Origin: Pelagibacteraceae bacterium AG-325-J13
Lineage (GTDB): Bacteria; Pseudomonadota; Alphaproteobacteria; Pelagibacterales; Pelagibacteraceae
Direction of reading: 5' to 3'
Assembly: GCA_003282835.1 (NCBI GenBank)
Contig: QBYL01000003.1
Coordinates: 21,491 to 85,490 of the forward strand
Length of the DNA: 64,000 nucleotides
In this document: piece by piece, positions 52,220 to 63,575 of the stretch
How positions within the stretch are numbered: position 1 is the stretch's first letter
Layout: every line of letters starts with the position of its first letter
The notes under the pieces: generated by a model
What the model was told of the DNA's origin: nothing
The model's input: the letters and a program-made list of their open reading frames with translations, nothing else
Databases searched by the model: none
Position numbers and translations under genes: made by a program

Positions 52220-52996
52220 TTAGCTTGTTGCAAGCATTTTCTTAATAGAACCAATAGCTTTTGCTGGATTTAGACCTTTTGGACATGAATTTGTGCAATT
52301 CATTATGGTATGACACCTATATAGTTTCAGTTCATCAGCGACTTTTTTTAGTCTTTCCTTTTTGTCATTATCTCTACTGTCATTAATCCACCTATATGCT
52401 TGCAACAAGACAGCGGGTCCTAAATATTTGTCACCATTCCACCAGTAACTTGGACAGGAAGTTGAACAACAAGCACATAAAATACATTCGTAATACCCAT
52501 CTAATTTTTCTCTATCTTTTTGTGACTGTTTAATTTCTTCTTTTTCTTTACCTGTTTGCCCTACTTTTAACCAAGGCTGAATAGATTCATATTGTTTGTA
52601 AAGAGTGCTTAAATCCCCAATTAAATCTTTAATTACTTTTAAATGAGGAAGTGGATAAATATTTAAATCTCCATTAATATCTGTGTGAGATTTAATACAA
52701 GCCAGAGTGTTTACTCCATCAACATTCATAGCGCAAGATCCACAAACTCCATGGGCACAAGATCTTCTAAAAGTAAGTGAAGGGTCTATTTCATTTTTTA
52801 TTTTGATAAGTATATCTAAGACTTTTGGTCCACAATTATCCATATCAACTTCAAACGTGTCCACTCTTGGGTTCTTTCCTTTTGAAGGATCCCATCTATA
52901 AACATTTATTTTTCTTAGGTTTTTTGATTTTGTTTCGTCCTTAAAATAGTTTCCAACTTCGATTTTAGAATTTTGAGGTAAACTAAATCTCGCCAT
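52220..52996 (-). CDS. sdhB: Succinate dehydrogenase Fe-S subunit
   Basis: [22 protein letters not shown] and CHTIMNC...CP motifs. Confidence 0.98.
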   Translation of the reverse strand: MARFSLPQNSKIEVGNYFKDETKSKNLRKINVYRWDPSKGKNPRVDTFEVDMDNCGPKVLDILIKIKNEIDPSLTFRRSCAHGVCGSCAMNVDGVNTLACIKSHTDINGDLNIYPLPHLKVIKDLIGDLSTLYKQYESIQPWLKVGQTGKEKEEIKQSQKDREKLDGYYECILCACCSTSCPSYWWNGDKYLGPAVLLQAYRWINDSRDNDKKERLKKVADELKLYRCHTIMNCTNSCPKGLNPAKAIGSIKKMLATS

Positions 52997-52999
52997 TAA

Positions 53000-54775
53000 T
53001 TAATATACTCTTTCTTTTGGAGGAAAATATTGAACATCATTAGTTAGTGTACGAGAGTGAACGTCTCTATATTTTATTTTAACTTTATTTCCCTCTTGCC
53101 ATGCTAAGGTATGTTTCATAAAATTATTATCATCTCGTTTGTTAAAGTCTTCTCTAGCATGTGCTCCTCTACTTTCCTTTCTATGATAAGCAGAGTCCAT
53201 AGTTGTAAGAGCTTGTCTAATTAAATTATCGAATTCTAAAGTTTCAACTAAATCTGTATTAAAAAGTAATGATTTATCTTTTACTGATACATCATTAATG
53301 CCTTGATGAGGTTGTCTAATTTGATCTACTCCTTCTTTTAAAGTCTTTTCGGTTCTGAAGACGGCACACTTAGTTTGCATGGTTTTCTGCATGGACATTC
53401 TCAATTCAGAGGTTTTTGTTGAACCATTTGAATTTCTAAGTTTATCGAATCGACTCAAACACTTATCTGTTTCATCATTTGATATTTTTTCATGTGGACT
53501 TCCAGGTTTAATTAATTCTTTCGCCCTTTTTGCTGCTGCCCTGCCAAAAACTACAAGGTCAATCAATGAATTTGATCCTAAACGGTTAGCTCCATGAACT
53601 GAGACACATGCCGCCTCTCCAATCGCCATCAGACCTGGAACTGTTTTTTCTGACCCATTCAAAGTAAGAACTTCGGCTTTATAATTTGTTGGGATACCTC
53701 CCATGTTATAGTGTACTGTTGGTACGACTGGTATTGGATCTTTGCTGACATCTACATTTGCAAATGTTTTTGCTGCTTCAGCTATTCCTGGCAATCTTTC
53801 TTCAATTATATTCTGATCTAAATGATCTAAATGAAGATTTATATGATCTTTATTTTTTCCAGCACCTCTTCCTTCATTAATTTCCATCTCCATTGATCTA
53901 CTTACTACATCTCTTGATGCTAAATCTTTAGTGTTAGGTGCATATCTTTCCATAAATCTTTCACCTTCTCCGTTAACTAAAAATCCACCTTCTCCTCTTA
54001 CACCTTCTGTAATTAAACAACCTACACCATAGATGCCTGTTGGATGGAATTGTACAAATTCCATATCTTGAAGTGGCAATCCTGCCCTCAAAATCATTGC
54101 ATTTCCATCACCTGTACAAGTATGTGCGGAGGTTGCTGAATAATAAACTTTTCCATAACCACCTGTTGCAATAATAGTTATATGAGATCTAAATCTATGG
54201 ATTGTTCCATCAGTTAAATTCCATGCTATTACTCCCTTGCACTCACCATTCTTCATTATTAAATCTAATGCAAAATATTCGATAAAAAATTCAGTATTGT
54301 GTTTTAAGGCTTGTCCATACAGTGTGTGCAGTATAGCGTGACCTGTTCGATCTGCAGCAGCACATGTTCTTTGTACAATGCCATTTCCGTAATTTTTCGT
54401 CATACCTCCAAAAGGTCTTTGATAAATTTTACCATCATCAGTTCTGCTAAATGGCACACCATATCTTTCTAACTCTACAACTGCCCTAGGAGCTTCTTTA
54501 CATAAATACTCAATCGCATCTTGATCTCCTAACCAATCAGATCCTTTAACCGTATCATACATATGCCATCTCCAGTCATCCTCTCCCATGTTGCCTAGAG
54601 CGGCAGATATCCCTCCTTGCGCAGCAGATGTGTGACTTCTTGTTGGAAATACTTTAGATATACAAGCTGTCTTTAAGCCAGACTCCGAAAGGCCTACGGC
54701 AGCTCTCAAGCCTGATCCTCCTGCACCAAGTACGACAACGTCGTATTCATGATCAATAATTTTATATTCTTTCAT
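53000..54775 (-). CDS. sdhA: Succinate dehydrogenase flavoprotein
   Basis: [10 protein letters not shown] and [11 protein letters not shown] motifs. Confidence 0.98.
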   Translation of the reverse strand: MKEYKIIDHEYDVVVLGAGGSGLRAAVGLSESGLKTACISKVFPTRSHTSAAQGGISAALGNMGEDDWRWHMYDTVKGSDWLGDQDAIEYLCKEAPRAVVELERYGVPFSRTDDGKIYQRPFGGMTKNYGNGIVQRTCAAADRTGHAILHTLYGQALKHNTEFFIEYFALDLIMKNGECKGVIAWNLTDGTIHRFRSHITIIATGGYGKVYYSATSAHTCTGDGNAMILRAGLPLQDMEFVQFHPTGIYGVGCLITEGVRGEGGFLVNGEGERFMERYAPNTKDLASRDVVSRSMEMEINEGRGAGKNKDHINLHLDHLDQNIIEERLPGIAEAAKTFANVDVSKDPIPVVPTVHYNMGGIPTNYKAEVLTLNGSEKTVPGLMAIGEAACVSVHGANRLGSNSLIDLVVFGRAAAKRAKELIKPGSPHEKISNDETDKCLSRFDKLRNSNGSTKTSELRMSMQKTMQTKCAVFRTEKTLKEGVDQIRQPHQGINDVSVKDKSLLFNTDLVETLEFDNLIRQALTTMDSAYHRKESRGAHAREDFNKRDDNNFMKHTLAWQEGNKVKIKYRDVHSRTLTNDVQYFPPKERVY

Positions 54776-55099
54776 TTAAAAATTTAAAATTCCTACGATT
54801 GTTAATACAGGAATTATTATAGCAAATATATTAAGTAGTTTATTTGCGACATTTTTGATTTTATCATTTCCAATATAATCTTCAAATATTTCACTAATTG
54901 TTAAAGCAGAGAAAAAGTAAGCAATTACAACAAAAACAGAGAACAAAAGCTTAGAAATTGGAGAGGAAAAAAAAATTACTATTTGTTGATAATCATTATC
55001 ATAAATCTTAACAAAATTTACTATAAACCAAACCATCATTGGCAACAAAACTAATGAGCTTGATTTCGTAAATAGCCATTTTTTCGTAGAATTATTCAT
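54776..55099 (-). CDS. sdhD: Succinate dehydrogenase membrane anchor (divergent, contains no His)
   Basis: Lies between sdhC and sdhA; 3 TM helices; EDY quinone-site motif. Confidence 0.85.
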   Translation of the reverse strand: MNNSTKKWLFTKSSSLVLLPMMVWFIVNFVKIYDNDYQQIVIFFSSPISKLLFSVFVVIAYFFSALTISEIFEDYIGNDKIKNVANKLLNIFAIIIPVLTIVGILNF

Positions 55100-55486
55100 T
55101 TAAATATAATTTCTTCCTAATACATAAATTATAACCGTTAAAATAAAAGATCCAAAAAAAACAATTATGCCAGTAATTTTTGAAATTCTAATATCAAAGC
55201 CATAACCAAAGTCCCAAGCTAGGTGTCTTATTTCATTTAAAATATGAAAACTAAAACTCCAGCAGAGAGCAATTATTAAAAATTTTCCAAAAAAAGAATT
55301 AAAAAAATTGTTAACAACTTCATAATTAGTTTCGCCTAATAGTAGATATAGTGACCAAACACAAATAAAAGTGATAGCAAAAAAATTAATTACACCTACA
55401 ATTCTATGTGTAATAGATAATAATGAAGAAATTTGCCACTTATAAATCTGAAGATGTGGGCTTAAAGGATTTTTATTTTGCTCCAT
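55100..55486 (-). CDS. sdhC: Succinate dehydrogenase cytochrome b556 subunit
   Basis: PLSPHLQIY, SITHR and FHILNEIRHLAWD motifs. Confidence 0.94.
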   Translation of the reverse strand: MEQNKNPLSPHLQIYKWQISSLLSITHRIVGVINFFAITFICVWSLYLLLGETNYEVVNNFFNSFFGKFLIIALCWSFSFHILNEIRHLAWDFGYGFDIRISKITGIIVFFGSFILTVIIYVLGRNYI

Positions 55487-55508
55487 AAAATTTCATAATT
55501 AACTATAA

Positions 55509-56501
55509 TTAAATTTTTTTTAACAAACACTCTGCAATTTGAACTGTATTTAATGCTGCACCTTTTAACAAATTATCAGAAACAATCCAAATGTTTAAAG
55601 CATTTTTATTTGAATTATCTTTTCTTATTCTTGATATAAAAGTTAGATAATTGCCATCTGCCTCAAGTGGAGTTATATAACCACCGTCCTTTCTCTCATC
55701 AACAACTTTGCAACCAGGAGCATTTTCTAAAATTTTATGAACTATATTTAAATCATATTCATTTTCAAATTCTATATTCACTGACTCAGAATGTGATGTT
55801 TTAACTGGCACTCTTACACACGTTGCGCTAAGACCGATTTTTGTATCCAAAATTTTTTTTGTTTCATTTTCCATTTTCCACTCTTCTTTAGTGTAACCAT
55901 CTTCAACAAAACTATCGATATGTGGAATCAAATTGAACGCCATTTGTTTTGTGAAATTTTTTGAAACAATCTTTTTTCCTTCTAAATAATCCTTTGTCTG
56001 AGCAAATAATTCGTCAACTGAAGCTTTCCCTGCGCCCGAAACAGCTTGATATGTAGAAACAATTACTCTTTTTATTTTATATTTATCGTGCAATGGTTTG
56101 AGAGGCAGCATTAATTGTATTGTAGAACAATTTGGATTTGCAATTATATTTTTGTGTCTTTTTAAATCTTCTGGATTAACTTCTGCAACAACCAAAGGGA
56201 CATCTCGATCCATTCTAAAATGTTTAGAGTTATCAATTACTATAGTTTTTTTTGAAGCATTAGGTATCCAATTTTTTGCAATTTCACTTCCGGCAGCAAA
56301 AATAGTTATTTTAGCTTTAGAAAAATCATATTTGTCTAACTCTTGAACTATAATTTCTTTATCCTTAAATTTTAGTTTTTGGCCAGCACTTTTAGCAGAC
56401 GCTACTAGATAAAGGTTATCAATATCTATCGAAGATTTTTCTAAAACTTCTATAGTCTTTCTACCCACATTCCCTGTGGCGCCAATTATTGCTAAATTCA
56501 T
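55509..56501 (-). CDS. asd: Aspartate-semialdehyde dehydrogenase
   Basis: GATGNVG, ANPNCSTIQ and DNLLKGAALN motifs. Confidence 0.97.
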   Translation of the reverse strand: MNLAIIGATGNVGRKTIEVLEKSSIDIDNLYLVASAKSAGQKLKFKDKEIIVQELDKYDFSKAKITIFAAGSEIAKNWIPNASKKTIVIDNSKHFRMDRDVPLVVAEVNPEDLKRHKNIIANPNCSTIQLMLPLKPLHDKYKIKRVIVSTYQAVSGAGKASVDELFAQTKDYLEGKKIVSKNFTKQMAFNLIPHIDSFVEDGYTKEEWKMENETKKILDTKIGLSATCVRVPVKTSHSESVNIEFENEYDLNIVHKILENAPGCKVVDERKDGGYITPLEADGNYLTFISRIRKDNSNKNALNIWIVSDNLLKGAALNTVQIAECLLKKI

Positions 56502-56513
56502 AACAGACTTATT

Positions 56514-57620
56514 TTATTTCAATTTTGATATAATTGCATCACCCATATCAGTTGTGGTGACTTCTTTTTTACCTTTTGAGATTATGTCTTTTGTTCTTAG
56601 ACCCTCATCTAACACTTTTTGAACAGCTGCATCTAATTGATCTGCCTCTTTGTCAAGATTTAGAGAATACCTTAAAGCCATCGACAAACTTAAGATAGTT
56701 GCAATTGGATTAGCTAAATTTTTTCCAGCAATATCTGGTGCTGAACCGTGTACTGGTTCATATAATGATCTAATTTTGCCATTTTTATCTTTTGCTCCTA
56801 AAGAAGCTGACGGCAATAATCCTAATGAACCTGTCAACATTGCTGCCTCGTCTGACAACATATCTCCAAATAAATTGTCAGCTAAAATTACATCAAATTG
56901 TTTTGGATTTCTTAATAATTGCATAGCACAGTTATCCGCTAACATGTGATGTAGTTCTACATTTTTATATTCTTTATCTTTAAGAACTTGCACCTCCTCT
57001 CTCCACAGGACTCCTGCTTCCATTACATTAGATTTTTCACAAGAGGTCACTTTATTTTTTCTTTTTTTTGCTAAATCAAAGGCAACTTTAGCAATTCTAT
57101 GAATTTCACTTGTAGTATACGAATGAGTGTTTATCCCTCTTCTTTGATTATTTTCTATTGGTTCAATACCTCTCGGTTCACCAAAATAAATTCCCCCTGT
57201 TAGCTCTCTAACAATCATTATATCTAAACCAGAAACTATTTCAGGCTTTAAGGTGGATGAATCAACTAGCTGACTAAAACAAATTGCAGGCCTAAGATTT
57301 GCAAAAAGTTTTAATTCTTTTCTAAGTTTTAAGAGTGCCCGTTCTGGTTTTTTTGAAAATTCTAGATTATCCCATTTCGGCCCTCCACATGCCCCAAGTA
57401 TTACTGCATCAGACTCTAGAGATTTATAGAAAACTTCATCGGTAATTGGTATTTTGTTGACATCTATAGATGCACCGCCAATTAATTCTTCCTCAAAACT
57501 AAAATCTAAAGATTTATTTTTATTAAACCACTCAAGAATCTTCTTAACTTCCCTAACTACTTCTGGTCCGATACCATCTCCTGGCAATAATAAGATCTTC
57601 CTACTATTTTTTTTATTCAT
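56514..57620 (-). CDS. leuB: 3-isopropylmalate dehydrogenase
   Basis: [18 protein letters not shown] and [12 protein letters not shown] motifs. Confidence 0.97.
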   Translation of the reverse strand: MNKKNSRKILLLPGDGIGPEVVREVKKILEWFNKNKSLDFSFEEELIGGASIDVNKIPITDEVFYKSLESDAVILGACGGPKWDNLEFSKKPERALLKLRKELKLFANLRPAICFSQLVDSSTLKPEIVSGLDIMIVRELTGGIYFGEPRGIEPIENNQRRGINTHSYTTSEIHRIAKVAFDLAKKRKNKVTSCEKSNVMEAGVLWREEVQVLKDKEYKNVELHHMLADNCAMQLLRNPKQFDVILADNLFGDMLSDEAAMLTGSLGLLPSASLGAKDKNGKIRSLYEPVHGSAPDIAGKNLANPIATILSLSMALRYSLNLDKEADQLDAAVQKVLDEGLRTKDIISKGKKEVTTTDMGDAIISKLK

Positions 57621-58221
57621 TTTTTAAAACCCAAGGTTTATCAGAATTTAATTTTTGTTCAAAACTATCAATTTGACTTATCTTTTCCATAGATAACGCA
57701 ATATCATCAAGACCTTCGATTAGACATTTTTTTTTAAATGCATCAACTTCAAAATTTACAGTCTTATTTCCAAAGAAAATTTCTTGTTTTGTTAAATTAA
57801 CTACAATTTCTTCTCTTCTTTTTGAATATTCTGCTAATTCCAAAATTGTTTCTTCCGAAGCTTGAATTGGTAAAATACCGTTCTTAAAGCAGTTGTTATA
57901 AAATATATCTGCAAAACTTGAGCTTATTATGCATTTAATCCCAAAATCGGATAGTGCCCAAGGGGCGTGTTCTCTTGATGAGCCGCATCCAAAATTTTTA
58001 CCAGCGATCAAAATTTTAGATTTATCATATGGAGCATTATTCAAAATAAAATTATCAATTTTTTTTCCATTTTCATCGAAACGCATCTCATAAAAAAGAC
58101 TTTTTCCTAGACCTGTTCTTTTAATAGTTTTTAAAAATTGTTTTGGAATTATCATATCTGTATCAATATTTTGTAATGATAAATATGACGGGATACTTTT
58201 TATATTAGAAAATTTTTCCAT
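57613..58221 (-). CDS. leuD: 3-isopropylmalate dehydratase small subunit
   Basis: NIDTDMIIP and [11 protein letters not shown] motifs. Confidence 0.97.
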   Translation of the reverse strand: MEKFSNIKSIPSYLSLQNIDTDMIIPKQFLKTIKRTGLGKSLFYEMRFDENGKKIDNFILNNAPYDKSKILIAGKNFGCGSSREHAPWALSDFGIKCIISSSFADIFYNNCFKNGILPIQASEETILELAEYSKRREEIVVNLTKQEIFFGNKTVNFEVDAFKKKCLIEGLDDIALSMEKISQIDSFEQKLNSDKPWVLKNE

Positions 58222-59621
58222 TACTGTATTTCTCTGACGTCTGTTAAATGACCTTTGATTGCTGCCGCAACAGCCATACCTGGGCTTACTAAATGTGTTC
58301 TTCCTCCTCTACCTTGTCTGCCTTCAAAATTTCTATTAGATGTTGAGGCACATCTTTCTTTTGGTTTTAATTGATCTGGATTCATTCCTAGGCACATGGA
58401 GCATCCTGGCTCTCTCCATTCAAAACCTGCATTTATAAATATTTTGTCTAAACCCTCTTTTTCTGCCTGAGCTTTAACAAGTCCAGAACCAGGGACTACC
58501 ATTGCACTCACACTATTAGCAATTTTTTTTCCTTTAAGAAGATCTGCAGCTAGTCGTAAATCTTCAATTCTGCCATTAGTACAACTTCCAATAAAAATCT
58601 TATCAATTTTAATATCAGCAATTTTTGTATTTGCTTTTAAACCCATATATTCTAGTGATCTAAGCATTGCCATTTTTCTATCTTTATCAGTCTCTTTATT
58701 AGGATCAGGTACAACACCAGTAACTGGTGAAACATCTTGAGGTGAGGTACCCCACGTTACTAGTGGTTCAATATCTTTTCCATTAATACTTATTTCCTTA
58801 TCAAAATTACAATCTTTATCAGAATACAAAGTTTTCCAATAATTAACTGCTTTATTCCAGTTCTCACCTTTTGGAGACATATTTTTGTTCTTTAGGTAGT
58901 CAAAAGTTTTTTGATCAGGCGCTATTAAACCGGCTCTAGCTCCAGCCTCAATTGTCATATTACAAACTGTCATTCTTTCTTCCATGCTAAAATTTTGAAT
59001 TATTTCCCCTGCAAACTCGATCACAAATCCTGTCCCGCCTGCTGTTCCAATAGTTCCAATAATTTTTAAGATAACATCTTTTGCAGTAACTCCTTTAGGA
59101 ATCTTGCCATGAACATTTATTCTTAAATTTTTTGACTTTTTTTGAATAAGAGTTTGTGTCGCTAATACATGCTCTACTTCTGATGTTCCAATTCCAAAAG
59201 CTAAAGCGCCGAAAGCTCCGTGTGTAGCAGTGTGACTATCTCCACAAACTATTACTGTGCCTGGTTGCGTAAATCCTTGCTCTGGCCCAATAATGTGAAC
59301 TATACCTTGTCTCTTATCATTTACATCAAAAAGTTTGACACCAAAATCTTTACAATTTTTTCTTAATGTATCAACTTGAATTTTAGATTCTTTATCGTCA
59401 ATACCTTTAGATCTATCTGTTGTTGGAACATTATGATCTGGAACAGCTAAAGTAAGCTCTGGTCTTCTTACTTTCCTTTTTTGAATTCTCAAACCTTCAA
59501 ATGCCTGAGGACTAGTAACTTCATGCACTAAATGTCTATCAACATATATTAACGAGGTTCCATCAGCTTGTGTATGGACAAGATGATCATCCCATATTTT
59601 ATCATATAGAGTTTTTGGCAT
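58221..59621 (-). CDS. leuC: 3-isopropylmalate dehydratase large subunit
   Basis: [18 protein letters not shown] and [12 protein letters not shown] motifs. Confidence 0.98.
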   Translation of the reverse strand: MPKTLYDKIWDDHLVHTQADGTSLIYVDRHLVHEVTSPQAFEGLRIQKRKVRRPELTLAVPDHNVPTTDRSKGIDDKESKIQVDTLRKNCKDFGVKLFDVNDKRQGIVHIIGPEQGFTQPGTVIVCGDSHTATHGAFGALAFGIGTSEVEHVLATQTLIQKKSKNLRINVHGKIPKGVTAKDVILKIIGTIGTAGGTGFVIEFAGEIIQNFSMEERMTVCNMTIEAGARAGLIAPDQKTFDYLKNKNMSPKGENWNKAVNYWKTLYSDKDCNFDKEISINGKDIEPLVTWGTSPQDVSPVTGVVPDPNKETDKDRKMAMLRSLEYMGLKANTKIADIKIDKIFIGSCTNGRIEDLRLAADLLKGKKIANSVSAMVVPGSGLVKAQAEKEGLDKIFINAGFEWREPGCSMCLGMNPDQLKPKERCASTSNRNFEGRQGRGGRTHLVSPGMAVAAAIKGHLTDVREIQ

Positions 59622-59631
59622 GTAAAATATT

Positions 59632-60129
59632 TTATTTTTTTTCGGTAGATTGTAAATCAGTTTTCTTCTGATCGGTAGAAATTTCTTTTTTTAATATTTC
59701 TTCTTTTTCGACAATATCAACTTTTTTTATTGGTTCGGTTGCCTTTACTGAAACATCAACTCCAATCTTTTTCTTAATTTTTTCAGCTATCCTTGCTGAT
59801 TTTCCTTTTCTATCTCTTAAATAGTATAATTTAGCTCTTCTTACTTTCCCTGATCTTATTACTTTTATAGAATCTACATTAGGACTGTATAGGGCAAAAG
59901 TTCTCTCGACTCCTTCTCCAAAAGAAATTTTTCTCACAGTAAATGATGAATTTATATCTCTGTTTTTTTTTGCAATGCACACTCCTTCAAAAAATTGAAT
60001 TCTTTCTCTCTTTCCCTCTACTATTTTTACACCTACTTTAATGGTATCCCCAGCTGAGAAATCAGTAATCTTCTTGTTAGCAATAATTCTTTTAATTGCT
60101 TCTTTATTTATGTCTTCAATATTTTTCAT
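59632..60129 (-). CDS. rplS: 50S ribosomal protein L19 with a charged C-terminal extension
   Basis: [14 protein letters not shown] and [10 protein letters not shown] motifs. Confidence 0.97.
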   Translation of the reverse strand: MKNIEDINKEAIKRIIANKKITDFSAGDTIKVGVKIVEGKRERIQFFEGVCIAKKNRDINSSFTVRKISFGEGVERTFALYSPNVDSIKVIRSGKVRRAKLYYLRDRKGKSARIAEKIKKKIGVDVSVKATEPIKKVDIVEKEEILKKEISTDQKKTDLQSTEKK

Positions 60130-60817
60130 TTTTTTTATTTAAATATTTTTTCCAAAGATCGGGTCTCTGGCGACGTGTTATATCCTCAGATTGTGATAAA
60201 CGCCAGCTTTTAATTTTGGCATGATCGCCTGATAAAAGTACATCAGGAGTACCTTTTCCTTCCCAATTCTGAGGTTTTGTATACTGAGGATATTCCAGTA
60301 GGTCGTCTTCAAAACTTTCTTCTTTTGAAGAATTTTCATTACCTAAAACTCCTGGTAATAATCGAATAATTGAGTCAATAAAAACATACGAAGCTGTTTC
60401 ACCCCCCGATAAGACAAAATCACCAATGCTGTATTCTTGAATATTTCTCGTTTCCAAAAGTCTTTGATCTATTCCTTCAAAGTGACCACATAAAATATTT
60501 AATTTTGTTTTCTTACTAAACTCTTTTACAGTTGTTTGATCCAATTTTTTTCCCTTGGGAGACAAATATATAATTTGATCTCCCTTATTTAAATTTTTGT
60601 CAAGAGCTGAAGCTACAACGTCTGGTCTAAGTAACATTCCGCTTCCACCACCAAAAGGAGTATCATCTACTTTTCGATGTTTATCAGTTGCATAATCTCT
60701 AATATCAATTACTTCCAAGTTCCAAATTTTTTTTTCCTGTGCCTTTTTATAAAGTCCAGTATTCAAGGGTCCAGGATATAAATTTGGATATAAAGTAAAA
60801 ATTTTTACCTCAAACAT
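60116..60817 (-). CDS. trmD: tRNA (guanine-N1)-methyltransferase
   Basis: [19 protein letters not shown] and [11 protein letters not shown] motifs. Confidence 0.97.
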   Translation of the reverse strand: MFEVKIFTLYPNLYPGPLNTGLYKKAQEKKIWNLEVIDIRDYATDKHRKVDDTPFGGGSGMLLRPDVVASALDKNLNKGDQIIYLSPKGKKLDQTTVKEFSKKTKLNILCGHFEGIDQRLLETRNIQEYSIGDFVLSGGETASYVFIDSIIRLLPGVLGNENSSKEESFEDDLLEYPQYTKPQNWEGKGTPDVLLSGDHAKIKSWRLSQSEDITRRQRPDLWKKYLNKKNEKY

Positions 60818-60829
60818 AAGTTTTTTTCC

Positions 60830-61219
60830 TTACTTGGCCTTTGGTTCTTCCTTTTTAGCTTCTGCTTTTGGTTCTTCCTTTTTAGCTTCTGCTTTTGGTT
60901 CTTCCTTATTTTCCTTTTTTCTATCTTTTTTAGAAATAGCTTTTAAGGGATTGTTGCCTGGCTTAGGCATCGGCATTAATTGCATTTCACCTAAAATTCT
61001 TGAAACTCTTAAAGTAGGTTGGGCACCTTTGCTGATCCAATATTTAACTCTTTCAAATTCAACTTTAATTCTTTCTTTCTTATCTTTTGGTAATAATGGA
61101 TTATAAGATCCAAGTTTCTCAATAAATTTTCCATCTCTTGGATATCTTCCATCAGCTACCACTATTTTATAAATAGGCCTTTTTCTTACTCCCCCCATCG
61201 ATAATCTTATCCTTAACAT
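60830..61219 (-). CDS. rpsP: 30S ribosomal protein S16 with a repeated C-terminal tail
   Basis: [14 protein letters not shown] and GAQPT motifs. Confidence 0.96.
   Translation of the reverse strand: MLRIRLSMGGVRKRPIYKIVVADGRYPRDGKFIEKLGSYNPLLPKDKKERIKVEFERVKYWISKGAQPTLRVSRILGEMQLMPMPKPGNNPLKAISKKDRKKENKEEPKAEAKKEEPKAEAKKEEPKAK
60840..60907. repeat. Perfect 27-bp tandem repeat (2.5 copies) in the rpsP tail
   Basis: tttggttcttcctttttagcttctgct at 60840 and 60867, partial copy at 60894; encodes KEEPKAEAK repeats. Confidence 0.92.
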
Positions 61220-61229
61220 ATTATACCTT

Positions 61230-62582
61230 TCATTTTAGTTGATTGAGCATTTCATCTGGAATCATTCCAGATGGAATTTTTTTTCCTTGAGACATTTTTT
61301 TCATCATGTCTGACATCATTTTAAATTGTTTTAATAATTTATTAATTTTTGAAACATCGACACCTGCACCTTTTGAAATTCTTTTACGTCTAGATCCGCT
61401 AATGATTTTTGGATTTTCTCTCTCATTTTTCGTCATTGATAAAATAATTGCCTCATTTTCCACTAGCATTTTTTCATCTATATCAGCTTGATCCATCTTT
61501 GCTTTCATTTTTTTTACTCCTGGTAACATAGACATTACGCCTTCCATTCCTCCCATTTTTTTCATTTGTCTTAGTTGAGCGAGATATGAATCCATAGTAA
61601 ATATCCCTTTTTTTAATTCATCTTCCGTTTCTTTAATTTTTGCTTCACTTAAATCTTGTTGTGCTTTCTCTACTAGAGTAACTACATCACCCATTCCTAA
61701 AATTCTGTTAGCTAGTCTGTCAGGGTGGAAAAGCTCTAGGTCAGAAATCTTTTCTCCAACTCCAATATATTTTATTGGTTTTCCAGTAACATGTTTCATG
61801 CTTAGTGCTGCACCACCTCTAGCATCACCATCAACTCTTGTAAGAATTATTCCAGAAAGACTAACTGCAGTATCAAACTCTTTTGCAACATTTACAGCTA
61901 TTTGTCCTGTCAATGAGTCAGCTACTAACATTGTTTCTGCTGGTTTTGTAATATCTTTAATTTGCTTAATCTCAGACATCATTGGTAAATCTATCTGAGT
62001 TCTTCCTGCAGTATCAAATATAATAACATCTGAACCATTTAGGTTTGCTACATTTAATGCTCTTTTAGTTATGTCAATTGGTTGTTGCTTTTCAACTATC
62101 GGCAAGCATTGAATTCCATTTGCTTCGGCAAGTAGTTTAAGTTGTTCTTGAGCAGCTGGTCTATAAACGTCTAAACTAACTACCATTACTTTTTTTTTGT
62201 AATTTGTCTCAATATTTTTTGCAAGCTTGGCAGCAGTCGTAGTTTTTCCTGAACCTTGTAATCCGACTAATAATAGTGAAACTGGAGGTACAGCTTTGAA
62301 GTTAAGCTCCTCATTTTTTGAACCTAATATATTAACTAGTTCATCATAAACAATTTTAACTATCATCTGACCAGCAGATGTTGATTTAATAATTTCTTGA
62401 CCAATAGCTTTTGGCTTTACATTCGCAATAAATTCTTTTGTGACCGGAAGAGCAACATCAGCCTCTAATAAAGCCAATCGTATCTCTTTTAAACCAGAGT
62501 CAACTTGCTCCTCAGTTAATGAGGGAGCACTTTTTAACCTAGAAAAAATACTTTCTAATTTATTTGTTAAATTTTCAAACAT
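61230..62582 (-). CDS. ffh: Signal recognition particle protein Ffh
   Basis: [14 protein letters not shown] and RILGMGD motifs plus a Met-rich M domain; likely ATG at 62582. Confidence 0.98.
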   Translation of the reverse strand: MFENLTNKLESIFSRLKSAPSLTEEQVDSGLKEIRLALLEADVALPVTKEFIANVKPKAIGQEIIKSTSAGQMIVKIVYDELVNILGSKNEELNFKAVPPVSLLLVGLQGSGKTTTAAKLAKNIETNYKKKVMVVSLDVYRPAAQEQLKLLAEANGIQCLPIVEKQQPIDITKRALNVANLNGSDVIIFDTAGRTQIDLPMMSEIKQIKDITKPAETMLVADSLTGQIAVNVAKEFDTAVSLSGIILTRVDGDARGGAALSMKHVTGKPIKYIGVGEKISDLELFHPDRLANRILGMGDVVTLVEKAQQDLSEAKIKETEDELKKGIFTMDSYLAQLRQMKKMGGMEGVMSMLPGVKKMKAKMDQADIDEKMLVENEAIILSMTKNERENPKIISGSRRKRISKGAGVDVSKINKLLKQFKMMSDMMKKMSQGKKIPSGMIPDEMLNQLK

Positions 62583-62590
62583 TTTTATAA

Positions 62591-62690
62591 TACCCAACAC
62601 CTATCGCACTAGTGGGCGAACCTTCGCTGACTAGTGTCGACACTCTTGTTTTCAAGAGCACCGCAAAAACTTAGGTATTTGCGGAAAGTC
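62591..62690 (-). ncRNA. Structured ffh 5' leader (ffh RNA motif-like)
   Basis: GC-rich island with three hairpins: ccgcaaa/tttgcgg, ctcttg/caagag, and cactagt/actagtg enclosing gcgaa/ttcgc. An ffh leader motif is known in alphaproteobacteria. Confidence 0.75.
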
Positions 62691-62695
62691 TGAAG

Positions 62696-62724
62696 AAACT
62701 ACAATTTGGGGTTTTAAAAGTCAA
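62696..62724 (-). promoter_or_regulatory. Putative sigma70 promoter of ffh
   Basis: TTGACT (62724-62719), 17-nt spacer, TAGTTT (62701-62696), just upstream of the leader. Confidence 0.55.
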
Positions 62725-62747
62725 CGAATAATTATACTACTTTAAAT

Positions 62748-63575
62748 ATGCCAGAGATTAACGCTTTTAAAATGGATGGTCTAGGAAATGATTTTGTCAT
62801 TATTGACAGAAGAAAAAACAAAATTAATCTATCTAAAGAGCAAATAATAGAAATAGGCAACAGAAGTAACGTAGGATTTGATCAAATAATATTTATTGAT
62901 AAAGAGGACAAAGGAATTTTTCCAATAACAATTTATAATTCTGATGGTGTTGAAATAGGGGCTTGTGGAAATGGAAGTAGATGTATTGCTTATTTAATCT
63001 CAAAAGAAAACAATCAAAGATCCGTTAAATTAAGAGCAGATAAAAAAATTTTAGAAGCAGAAATTTTAAGTGAAAAATTAGTAAGAATAAATATGGGTCT
63101 TCCAGAATTTAAAGGTGACAAAAGTATTCCTATTAAAGAGGGACTAAATCCCAGAAAAGTCTCAATCGATTTCATTGAAAAAGAATATGGAAGTGGAATT
63201 TGTGTAAATGTAGGAAATCCACATATTATTTTTTTTGTTAAAGACTGTGAAAAAATAGACATAAAAAAAATTGGTCCTAAAATTGAAAACCATCATTATT
63301 TCCCTGAAAGAATAAATGTTACTTTCGCAGAGGTCTCTGACGATTGTAAAAATATAAAAGTAAATGTTTGGGAAAGAGGAGCGGGTCAAACTAAAGCATG
63401 TGGAACTGCTGCATGCGCAACTGTGGTAGCAGGATATCTAAAACAATTAACTGAAAAAATTTGCAATGTTCATTTCAAAGAAGGAACTCTAGAGATAGTT
63501 TATGATTTGGGTGGTGGTAATGTATATATGACAGGACCCGTATCTGATATAAAAGAAATAACATTAAAAATCTAA
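62748..63575 (+). CDS. dapF: Diaminopimelate epimerase
   Basis: GLGNDF, ACGNG.RC, GNPH and WERGAG.TKACGT motifs. Confidence 0.96.
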   Translation: MPEINAFKMDGLGNDFVIIDRRKNKINLSKEQIIEIGNRSNVGFDQIIFIDKEDKGIFPITIYNSDGVEIGACGNGSRCIAYLISKENNQRSVKLRADKKILEAEILSEKLVRINMGLPEFKGDKSIPIKEGLNPRKVSIDFIEKEYGSGICVNVGNPHIIFFVKDCEKIDIKKIGPKIENHHYFPERINVTFAEVSDDCKNIKVNVWERGAGQTKACGTAACATVVAGYLKQLTEKICNVHFKEGTLEIVYDLGGGNVYMTGPVSDIKEITLKI

